Shown here in pieces: positions 30,001 to 42,000 of a stretch of 64,000 nucleotides of DNA (the first letter of the stretch is position 1; every line of letters begins with the position of its first letter). The stretch is from positions 39,911 through 103,910 of the forward strand of contig JBDREX010000009.1 in the NCBI GenBank assembly GCA_043819345.1. Direction: 5' to 3'. The notes beneath the pieces were generated by a model. It had not been told where the DNA came from and did no database searches. It saw only the letters and a program-made list of their open reading frames with translations. The stretch is from Candidatus Omnitrophota bacterium. GTDB taxonomy: Bacteria > Omnitrophota > Gorgyraeia > Velamenicoccales > Velamenicoccaceae. A program made the position numbers and the translations under genes.

Positions 30001-33000
30001 CATATACAAATCTCATCCCTGCAGTTTTATCAATATGCCGAGGCTTCCCGTGTCCGATTTCATGCGCAACCACAAAACAAAGCTCCTCTTCAGAAAATTC
30101 TTTTAACATCTTTTCAGATAAGTAAATGCGCAGATACTTTCCAAAACCTATAACACTGGCTTTCCTGGCCGCAGATTCTCTTCTTTCCCGTAATTGATAA
30201 ATCTGCCTTTTTGGAAAATTTGTCCGGGCAATACAAGCGCTTAATTTTTCACTTACCCCTCCTGTCTCTAGCGGCATAGCTCTATTAGAAAAAGGAATGA
30301 AAACATACGTGTGAAGATGCTGAAGCAATAAATCATATGCCCATGAAATAAGCCATGCATATACCCAGGAATACTGTCCAGCGCACTCAAAACAAAATAA
30401 TAAAATCAAAATTTTAAAACCATCGAACAAACACAAACATAAATTTTCAGCACTACTAAAATAAGGATTCCCTAAATTTTGAAACATTCCACCAAAAAAC
30501 ACCGGCACCTCAAGGAGCCCGCAAACCCAGGCAGCCACACTTAAAAACATCAAACCACCCCATATTGGACCGTAATTTAAAGCTCTTACAAAATGATCAA
30601 AATAACTAAAACCGCCCATTGTAACTAACCACATCAAAATGGCAAAGGCAAAAATATCTTTTAAGACCAAGGCCCGCACCGCTTTTTTAAAATTCATCTG
30701 CGCGCGGCTATAACCATTTTCAGCATAGAGATCACATAAATCTTCAGGACAGGGCTTCCTATTACTTCTAAAAGCATAGGCATAATGAACGCATTTTAAA
30801 ACAAAAAAACCAGTTCTAAATATTACAATTAGGCCAGAATAGAGGCCCAGAGGGCTTGAAAAACACAAGCAAATACTCCTATATAATTCACAACATAAGT
30901 CCTTGGAATATGCCTGAAGGGAAAAGAAAAGAAGCTGTAGAGTTTGATAGAAGCCCTTAACACGATAGCCGGCCGCAGGGTTATTGCCGGCTATCCCTAA
31001 AACAGCGCGAGTCTGCCTCGCGTTATTAAAACCAACCGCCTCCAACTCATCCTCAGTGTGATTTACGCTAAGAAATGAGCTTAATAGATCATTCTTATTT
31101 TGCTGAAAATCCGAATTTCTCTTCTGAATACTCTCATCCTCCACATCAAGCGGCTTGGCATTAATCATTCTTTGCTTCGGGATACTGCCTTCACCCTGAT
31201 GCCCGCTATCCTGTCTTTTTCCCTTATTCAATTGCCACCAAACCAATAAAGGCAAACCAGCACAGATGCCAAGAAAAAGCAAAAAATTCATACTCGGAAT
31301 AATAACTCTACCAAGAGATGAATTGACCTGTAACAGCATAGCAAACTTCCTCTGCGCGAATAAAAGATCTTCCCTTATCGGCATGATAGGAGAAGAAAAT
31401 AAAGACATGATTTCCTGTATACGAATCTGTACCCATTGTTCTGTGGCTGATACAGGAATAACAAATAAATTGCCCGTCGCAAATCTAGGATCGGAAAAAA
31501 TATTATCCAGTTTATACATTTTCTCCATCAAGCCCGGAGCTGTTAAAATAACCTCATACTGCTTACAAAAAGCGCTCGCCTGACCACAAAAGCGAAAATC
31601 ATCTTCTTTAAGATCAAAGAGCATCTCTCCCTCGCCTATAGCTTGCCATGCTTTTGAAATCAGCTCTTTGACTCTTTCTTCCCAGTGAAAAGAATTACCC
31701 CGAGATACAGTTTTAACAACATCAACTAATATAACGCGGCGCTTAACACTCTCATGTAATCGCAACACAAGATCGCGTGCCGCTATTTGTTTAGACTCTT
31801 TATCATCAAGTGTCTGATAATGTGTCAAAAATAAAGCCAGTTCCGCAGGAAAATAATGAGTTTTTAGCCCCGGATAAAATTCAGGAATCGGCATAAAACT
31901 TAGAAGCGTCAGATACTCCTCTTCCAAAGCCCTGCTGAATACAATTGGTAGCGGCCTAAGGTGAAAACGGCGCAGGCCCTGATTAAGAATTAATCTCCCA
32001 ATCCTTTCATTAGTATCAATAAAAGGATGAATATGAACAAAATGATAGAAAACCTCTGCTAAAAACATGATAGCCTCTTGTGTGCGCTGCATCTCATCCG
32101 TAAGTACATCAATCCTATCAAAACCTTTATTGAGCCATTCAAGATAATCATTCATTAAAGAAGGAATTTGGTTTTGGCTAAAACCGCTTTGGGTATCTGT
32201 TGAGGCCTTTACAAAATTCCAACCGGATGTCACCACCTCTGAACGCCGAAAACCTACCCTATCGGCATAATCCGTCTTAATAGAGCTAACCAGGATAAGA
32301 GATTTAAAACAATCTAACAAAAACCCCGTATCAATCGGCTCCGTCGAATTCATCTTATTCGCAAAAGCCGCGACTTCTATATAAGCCTTCATTTCTTGCG
32401 CGTTAGCAAATAAATGCCCCATGCTCTCTCTATCCTTATCGGGCATGTATTCCAGCTCTATATCAGCGATAAAATCCAAAGGCTTCACGATAGACTTGAT
32501 TTGTTCCGCAACAAATTGGCGTCTTGATGCATTAAGAAACTCTTCTTGTTCTTGGCCAAACGGCAAAGACTGCAACCCTTGATATTTCGGCCAAATAGTA
32601 CCGAAAATATGGCCAGATAGCTTATTTTTCATAATAGCCTGAGATATTTCAACAAGACAGTCAGCATTATTACGATAGCGAAGGCCCTGCCAAAAAGCCC
32701 GTAACGCTTCTTGTTCTTCCTGCGAGGAAAATGAGAATAATGAGGAAAAGGCCTGTGCCTCCCTTAAAGATCTTTCAAATAATCCGAGATAATAAAAGAT
32801 ATTTCTTGTCTCATTCAATAACTGAGATTCTACAAAGAGACAGGAAAACCTATTCTTTCTTGATTTTTCCAAAGCATACAAAACCACCTGCTGAACTTCA
32901 TAACGCAAAGGCGAAGATGAAGTCAAATCCCGTACAGGATTGCTTACGGGCGGCATTACTGAATCTCCATGAGAAACCTTCGTCTTCTTAAACCAAACAA

Positions 33001-36000
33001 GACGCTTAATCACAGAACCAATGCCTCTAACGATTTTATCCAGAAACGTTGTACTCTCCAATAAAGGGGCATCAAGCTTCTTCTGTGCGGCCAAAAGGTA
33101 ATCTCTCAAATGGCACTCGTCCTGAAAACGCGTATCAAATCCAGTCATCAAGTCGTAAATAAATTGACCTTCCTCTGTCATAAATACCCTTGCTTGACGG
33201 CCATTATTCTCCGGAGAACAAATATGTGTTAAAAGACGTGGAATACCACGAACACCCTGATACATACGAAGAGCTTTCTCTAAATCGGGTGTCATCGTAA
33301 AAAAACTATTTCCCCAGTCAATAAAAACAATCCCATATTTCTTAGACGTCCCCGCGTAAACCGCATGCGCGTCCTTAGGGTTAATAGATACTTCAGCCTC
33401 CGCAGCGCGCAGATCCCATCCTTTCTGTTCAGCAACATAATTTGATATCTCAGAAAAAATTGTTGCAGTCGCCGCGCAATTCGTTACAGGATGTTTCTTT
33501 TGATTTACGGCACTATCTCTCAACCACGGATAAGCTTCTTCAAAAGAATTAACAGGCAAAGGAGTTCCTTTGTAATTATATGTGCTAGCATACTCATAAA
33601 GCCTGCCAATGCCAGCTGTAAGCTCCATCGGATCTCCAACAGCATTCGTAAAGTTAACAAGAAATTCCTGAGGAGTGGCTGAATTTTTATATACATCCGA
33701 AACAATCTTTTGTGCCTTAAGATCATTTTTAGCGCTGACATATTGCTGTGTAAGGTTTTTTGAAGAAAGACTATTAAAATCACTCTCTTTAGGCCTCAAG
33801 CCAGCATCAATACTCAACTTCATATATTTCCAGCGCTCTTGTTTCGCCCCAAAAAGATAATCAAAAGCTATCTTAAAAGAATAAACATCGTCCCTTTGGC
33901 CACAATCATAATTCCAATGACCCCAGGAAAGGAATGTTTTTAAAACCATGCTATCATTGAGAGAATAGTGGAAAGCCGCATCCACCCCATAACCTTTCTT
34001 CCACAAAACAGGATCTTTTGTATAATGAGGCGCCAGACTATAACCATAGCCTTTAGTGTTAAAATCAAAGCTAACCTTATAATCCTGTTGTTCTATTTTT
34101 TCTTTTTGCATAAAACCAAAGTTCAAATAGTTCTGTCGCGCTGTCGTATAAGTCACATCAAAACCTGCCACATAGCCTACGGGTACCAGTTTATACTCCT
34201 GCTGAAAAGAATCCCATCGCACTTCTTCATACCGGCGGTCAAAAACGCCGCGTAATAGCAAATTGCCCTTTCGCCACAAAATATTGCCTCCCTGGCTTAT
34301 GCCTTCTACCCCCCTTACAATGCCATAGGAATCAATCTTAGTCATAATCTTCCACTCGTCATGCCCCTCATAAAAAGAAACAACGAGATTTTCGGAAGGC
34401 TTCAGTATAACCCCATAACTATATTGTGTATCATCTGTAGCCATATTTTGTTTATGCTGCGGCCTGTCAACAAAAGACTCTTCAAACATCTGTGAAAATT
34501 CTAACGGAACATCTTGCGACCGAAAACAAGCCCTGGAATTCAGATGAAAAAACCCGCCGCTGGAAGCCCATTTGCCAACCAAAGGAACATTAGAGCGCAT
34601 CTGAGTTATATTGAGGTCCATCCCCATATAACCCGAAGACTCTAGGATATTATAGGTAAAATAATTCGGATTAAAACCAAACAGGCCCCCCTTAAAAAAC
34701 AACTTCCCTGAACTTGGGATAAGATATTTCCAAACGCCTTCCAGATTGCCGGTAATATCTACAACATCAATATCTACTAATCCTGCCTCATATCCTATAC
34801 TATTTTCTCCCACTTTTAACTTAATCTGCCCAGGAAAACTCTGCGGCCAATAATTGAGCTGCTTAGGAGCTCCAAATAACTCTGTAGCCGCCTGATGAAA
34901 AACAGGCCCTTCAGCTCCCACAAAACGCGCCGGCACAACAAAGAGAAAAATAGCTAAAGCGAGAGCTATATAACGCCTCAATGGCGAAGAAAATAGATTT
35001 TCAACATCTAAATCCCTCATTTCCCCCTTGACAAAGGATCTCTCTTTAGGCAAAAGAGTTCTTTTGCGCAGCCTCCCAACCCCCTCAAAAGAATCTTCTT
35101 TCATTAAGACAACGCGCCTATCAACGGTGAGTTGAAGATTGTATTCATCACTATCATGACAATCTGCAAGCTGATCAGGATTAATCAATCTCATCGCCCT
35201 TCCCAGTGACTTTTCAGGCAAGAAGCAATTAATTGACTCAACGGAAACAAAATTTAGATCACGCACAATTCTGCATATTAATGAAACATCATGATTCTTA
35301 CCACTGGCACCATATGCCAACAACAACTTATTATCACGACGGATCATCATCCTGGCCATATCAAAAACAAGCTGCCATCTTCTAATACTTTCTTCCTTTC
35401 CTAAGGAATTAAACTTCTCACTCTCTTCATTGATATGCATACAAAACTCCCAATGATAGGAGCTCTTAAGATAAATAAGCCGATCAATTGATTTAATAAA
35501 ATTACTATCCAAATTTAACGCAGGCGTAAATATGCTGGCAAAATACACACCATCACCCACCAGACAAATAAGCCTATCAAGAATATCGCCATAACACTTA
35601 TCGTATAAAGGATCATCATAATCGCCGCTAGGATCATTATCATACCAATTAAACATTCCCAACAAGAAGACCCTGTTAAAAAACTTTGCCATTTTCTGTA
35701 AAGCTGCCAGATCCTCAACAACAACTCCATGCTCTATAAGCTCTTCCACTCTTGCGGTAAAAATCCGCATTAATTCAATAATCCATGGCCATGGCATGGA
35801 ACAAACTATTCTTGAGACATTACGACAACAATATTTACATTGATTTGAACATCCCTTCGTAATAGCCGCAAAAACTTTTGTCAGCTCTTTCCTCTGACAC
35901 AGTTCAAGCAATTCCAATAAATCTATGTTTTGAGAATATGACTCAAACAAATGAAATTTGGGTTGGCGTAAACAGTTATAATCATCTATGAGTTTTTGGA

Positions 36001-39000
36001 AAGAAACAACGCGCCTTTCAAAATCCGCCCTAATCCTACATACAGTACTTTTGCCTTCATGGCTTAACGGAGCCGAATAGTTTTCCATTAATACCACTCT
36101 TTTTGCAAGTTCATTCCTCATCTGTTTTTTAGGCAAAGTAGCCAGGTCCTCATCTGCAAGAATCCGTTTCGTCAACTTAAGGTAACCATCTTGAACCAAG
36201 CCATTCAAAAAAGGCTCCGGCAAATGAGGACACAGTTGCCGAGCCTCATATTGAAAAGTATTGATAGAGGATGAAGAGAGATCGTCAGAAGACAATAGCC
36301 TAATGAAATCGCCCGCGCTCTCAACAATGCCCATAGTAGCTTCATCCCATAATCTATAAGCATGCGGCCTATCATTCTGAAATCTTGAAAACATAGGACC
36401 CTTTAAGGATACAACAGCGCTGGAAACAGCCGGATAATCAATACCTAAACAAATATGCAGCCCACTAGCCGACTCTATGCTTATCACACCTTTTTCAGCC
36501 ATTTGACGAATAGAAGTTGATATCCATCTTCTTAACCATAAGGAAGCGGGCCCTTCTAATTCCATTCTGACTTGAGGTATCTTTAAAGCCAATAAAGCAT
36601 CTATTGTTGAAACAGAAAGACTTTGCGCACCTTCTTCGTCTTGCGATACAAGTATTTCTTTCGCTACGGAAGGAAGATTTTCAACAATAACACGGCGCAG
36701 GTCATTCCCTAAACCCAGATCTCTCTCATAACGACCAACCTTCTTAACAATCCGGCTAACAAGGTAATCCAGCGGATATTGCACAGGCCTGGAATCACTT
36801 TCCTGACGCTCTCTGACAACCCATGGAAACTTTTTGCCCCATTGCCCTGTCCGAAAATCACACGTATCTATCGTCGATGACTCCTTATTTAAACACAAAA
36901 TCCTTAAACTAGCCTCAACAGGATCGTGCCCATTTTGACCCCCAAAAAATAAACCCGCCTTACCAAAAAATTGTATCATTTTTTCATCTATAGGAATCTC
37001 TTCATGCGCCAATCCAAAAGATAACAACTGAAGAGCCTCTGCTATTGGCACATTGTTTTCAAAAATAATAATATAAGGCCTTTTATCCGATGGATCGGGA
37101 CCGATAGATGACACGTAATAACGACCATCGCCAACACCACAAAAATACGCGATAATCTCATTTGTCTTGGCATCTTTTATCCTTTTCATCGGCGCCCAGG
37201 CCACCTTACCATATTTAAGGATATTAAGTTTTTCTACAATAATGTCCGGAGTCTGCATAGGAAGCGTGAGATATCCTTTACGAGTGGCACCAATATCAAT
37301 ACGGTGCACCCGGTCAGGCCTTAAAACCATGGGCTCCCAAAGCGACTCATCTCTAACGGCTAAATTTACTAAAAAGCTATAGAGAAAGACATCCTCTCCG
37401 TATCCAATACGAAACTTATCTTTACCAGCCTTTAACTGCTCTTTTTCATAAATATGGATTAATCCAAAATGATTGTAGAGACGAATTTCATCAATAAAAT
37501 TGACATACAACAAATACTGAGGGACAGGTTCTGCTATCGTGCTTTCATCAAGCAACATTGTAAAAATGCTGCCTTTTGACAGTCTATCTGTTATTTTAAT
37601 CATTTTCTTTTTCAAAACTTCCGCCAGCTTAGTGCCACCTGCGGGAGGTAACCCAAAATAAATACCATCAAGAGATATACTCGTATTCGTTGCTACCTCA
37701 AACCCGCCTCTATGATACGGTTGCTTGCCTGAAATAATTTTTTTAATAAAACGCTTGTCCTGAAAAACCTTCTCTAAGCATCTGTCCGAAAAATTTAAAA
37801 CAGCTCTAAGATTAAGTAAAAATGATTGTCCAACAACCTGGCTTTTAGAATCTCCTTGAGCGACTTGATCAACACAGAAAGAGCTAGAAAACCCATTCGT
37901 AGAATCATACAAAACCACATCGTTATTCTGATAGATAATTAATAAAAAGTTTTTTGTTTTTATGTCAACCAGTATCTTGACTCGCCCGTTAAAAAAATCA
38001 TTTTGCCTCTTATTGATCAAAGATGTAATATCCAGCAATGCGACAAAATCTAAAAGCCTAGTCCCAAAATTAAGATAAACTTTATATCCGCATCCATTTG
38101 TAAACTGAGCCGTAACGCTCCCCTTGCTGACTATTTTTGGAAAAAACTGGCACTTCCTATCCAAGTCTAATACAATTTCTCTGATTTCAGCCAGATCAAA
38201 ACAATCCAAAAGTGTTTCTTTGCCTGGTATAAACACCGGTTTTAAAAAACTGCTGCTCGCCACATCATCTAATTTGGATGAGTTTGCTTGCGCCTGATAG
38301 CTCTGGTCACGCAAATACTTAAATCCACCCATCCCTCTAAGATAAACACAAACCTGGGCGAAAGTAATATCTATCTGTGGAAACATAGAAAGCAAATGTT
38401 CATGCAGCTCCTTGGCTGTCTTAACGTGAGGGTATTGAATAAAAATTTTCTCAAATAGCGCCATCCTGCTTCTAGCCTCCTTCTCCTGCTTAATAGCAAC
38501 CCAGGATGTATGGCGCAATACAAGCGCACGATTAATATGGTGCTTTAAAGAGGCCTGCTTACCAACAAACCCTTTTGCAGAAAACTTTGGATATAAATCC
38601 CATAATGATAATTCTTTAATATTCCCTTGAGCAAAATATTCATCCAGCCATAATCTGGCATATTTTTCAATCTTTTCAGCTTTTCTTTCCAGCCAGCTCC
38701 CCCTGCCCAGTTTATCAACGGCCCTTGATAATCTCGGCAAGTCCCATCGGCCAATTTCAGGGCACAAAAAAGCTAACCGCGCCTGTACTTGCCCTAAAGA
38801 CAAAAAGAAATTCTCTTCAAGCAAGGCATCCAGATCCTGATCATTAATAACGACCCCTCTTTGCCACTTTCTAACTACAACCGGTGAAGATGCCTTAATT
38901 TGAGACAACGTGTACAGCAATTTCACGCGCCATTGATTGAGATATTCCTCAACACTACCACAAACACTCACACCATTGATTCTGGTTTTAAAAGCCCTCT

Positions 39001-42000
39001 TTTCCGAAGAGTTCAAAACTGGGACACGCACAGAATAAGAAAAACCTGACGGGCCTAAGCGATAATATTCAAGACTGGCATCCACATGAACAATGCCGTT
39101 TCCATCATGGTCAATACATACATCGCAAACCTTGAATAATTTCTGAATATTACTCATCCGGGATAAAAAGCTTAAATAAGCATCATCCAGCGCGTCGCAA
39201 GGAGCAAAATCCTGCCCGGCAGAAAATAAAGGCAAAAGAACCGTCAGATAATCCTCAACAGCCAAAAGAAGTTTGCCATGGATATCGTCACGCCGAGCCT
39301 GTGAAGCATCTACTAAGCTAATTATATGATTGATAGCTATCTTTAAGAGCCTAGTTTCCCGCTTAATCCTCCTTTTGAGGACTTTCTGGGCTATTTCAAC
39401 ATCAGAGATAAATTTTTGACATTCCACAAACTTACGAAATTGTTCATAATGACGGCACAGGTCCTCTACGTACATCATACTACCCTGCAAAAACCTTGAA
39501 ATCAGCTCCTCTAGATACTTTTTCTCATCATCAGATAACCTGACAATTTTGAGATGCCAAACTGGACGCAGAATATATCCGTCCTGTCCTAATCCAATTT
39601 CCTGCCTATCAAGAGATGAAGAAACAGAATGATCAGTCTCTTCTGAAACATCTTTGAGATAAACCTCACCAGACTGTCCTTCGTCATCAAAACTATGCCC
39701 TTCAACCATATTATGTTTATTCGGCCAAAAATACCCAACAGATTTCGTTATGCCTACCACTAAAACCGCCCCGGCCATATACATAACAATGTCAAGCATA
39801 TCGCATCGTGCCCCAGGTCGAATTTTTTGATAAACAGGTAATTTTTGTAATAGCTCTAAAACAAACGACAAAAGCAGCATCTTTTTCATTGTCGTCTTCG
39901 CGGGAAGCCCAAGCTGAAATAACGCGTAAATAGTTAACAACACACCTAAAACAAAATCATCCAGATAATAATGAGCAAATTGACCTAATAGGCTAAATCT
40001 TGAAACGCTGGGTTTTAAGAAAAATAGGTTCACCTGCCTGCAGGTTAAACCAAGAATCATCAAGACAATGGACAATCTATACTCCCAAAGCAAGATCTTC
40101 AAATACTTCAGCAAAAGTACCATGAGCTTAAAAAAACGCTTCCCAAAAGAATAAGAACGCGGCTGTACAAAACTGCAGCCATGAGAATCATTCTTTACTC
40201 TTTTTCCACGAGTCTCTTTATTGTTCTTTTTCTTCGTCACTTCCCTTGCCGTTGAAACCGTAACAAATTTTGCGCCTGCATGGCTCTGTTTATGAAATTT
40301 CCATCTAATAGGACTGGAACCTAAATCGTCTAATCCAAAAACAGAACCCGAATAAGACAATTGAGAAAAAATAGAAGAGCTGGAGCCATCATATTCAGAT
40401 TCCCGGCTATCTGGCCTTTTTGGAAGGTTTTCTTCAACAATAACATTGTTTTGAAAAGAAGAAGAATAGGCCTGACCGTTAAAGGAGCCTTCGAGATACG
40501 GCAAAAATGAAACTTTGCAGGAAAAATCAACAGGTTCTTCCACCTTTTGCGAAAGGTAAGTAATAAACCATTCCACAAAAATCACTAAAGCGTTTTTAAC
40601 ATGAGAAGTCTTTAAAAAATTTATTCCTAGCTTATAATAAGCGATCACAAAAGAAGGATCTATCTGGATAGCTGCCTGCAACTCAATAATAGCTTTCATG
40701 GGTTGGCCTAGTTTGGAATAAGCACAACCCAAATTATAATGAGCTAAAGGCTGCTTCACATCCAACTCTAAAGCCCTCAAAAATTCCCGAACCGCGGCAC
40801 CATGTTGATTCAGCTTATCCAAACAACACCCGAAATTATTATGAGCCATACCATAAAAACTATTGAGCATGACGGCTTTTTCAAAAAGAAGAGACGCCTG
40901 AGGATAATGGCCTAAAATCATATAAATTCTTCCCATATTAGACAAAATATTAGGTGTCATCGCATAAGAATTGAGCTCCTGTAAATCATGATACATAATA
41001 TTTAATAACTCTCTGTCAGGCAATAGTCTTACATGTTTTTGTCCAGCTTTAAGCTGTGCCAGCAAGAAGAAAACTTCACGAGAGGAAAGACAATAATTTT
41101 CTTTTAAGACAAAACGCCCATGCCCTTTGTGCACATAATACTTCTTAAGATCAATCACCCTGACAAGGTTATTGATATAATCAATAAAAAGGGCTTTCTC
41201 TTTAGAAATCGTTATCCAATTAAATACATGCTCTCCTTCCTTCTGACTACGCAAAGGCACAACAAAATTCTTTGAATTAATACCCGCCCAATGCAACAAA
41301 ATATGTGTCAGCTGAGCAACAACTGTGCACGCCAAAAGATCTCTTTTTTCTGAAATCTTCTTTTCTTTTGATAAATGCGCTTTGTCTATCTCTTCAAAAA
41401 TAACTTTACCCCCCTCGTCCAAACACTTAACTAATTGTTGTGTTAACATGCTTGCATTGAACAAATACAAATAAGCGTTCTTTTCTAAATCCTCCATCAG
41501 CTTTAAAAGCAGCCTCTGCAATGCAATAACATCACACGCCGCCAAAGCCTGCCTTAAAGACGGGACATAAAGACTCTTGTAATGAAGCACCTTATCTAAA
41601 ATCATAAACTTCTGTTTAAGCTGCTGAATATCATTTTGGCAATAGGCGATCTTTTCTAAAATAATGTCTGGGGGTTCCTCCTTTATCAACTGTGTGGACA
41701 AAATAGAGCTAACGCTTTTATCAAGGTCTATTTGATTATAAACATGAAGGTCTCTCTCTTGCGGCTCCCTGGTTTTACCAATATAATTAGGGAGCACAAA
41801 AAAACCATAACCTTGTTTTGAAGCTATTTTAAAAACAAGCCTGCTCAACTCAGGCGCGGAAGGAATGATGCAATATTTAAAAAGCTTTTTCTTTAAAATC
41901 AACTCTCGACTTCCAGCGGATTGCCCTTCTATTGATTTTAAAAGCTTAGACACAAAAAATAACTCTCCTGCCACCCATGGATGCTTCTCCTGCTTCGCTA

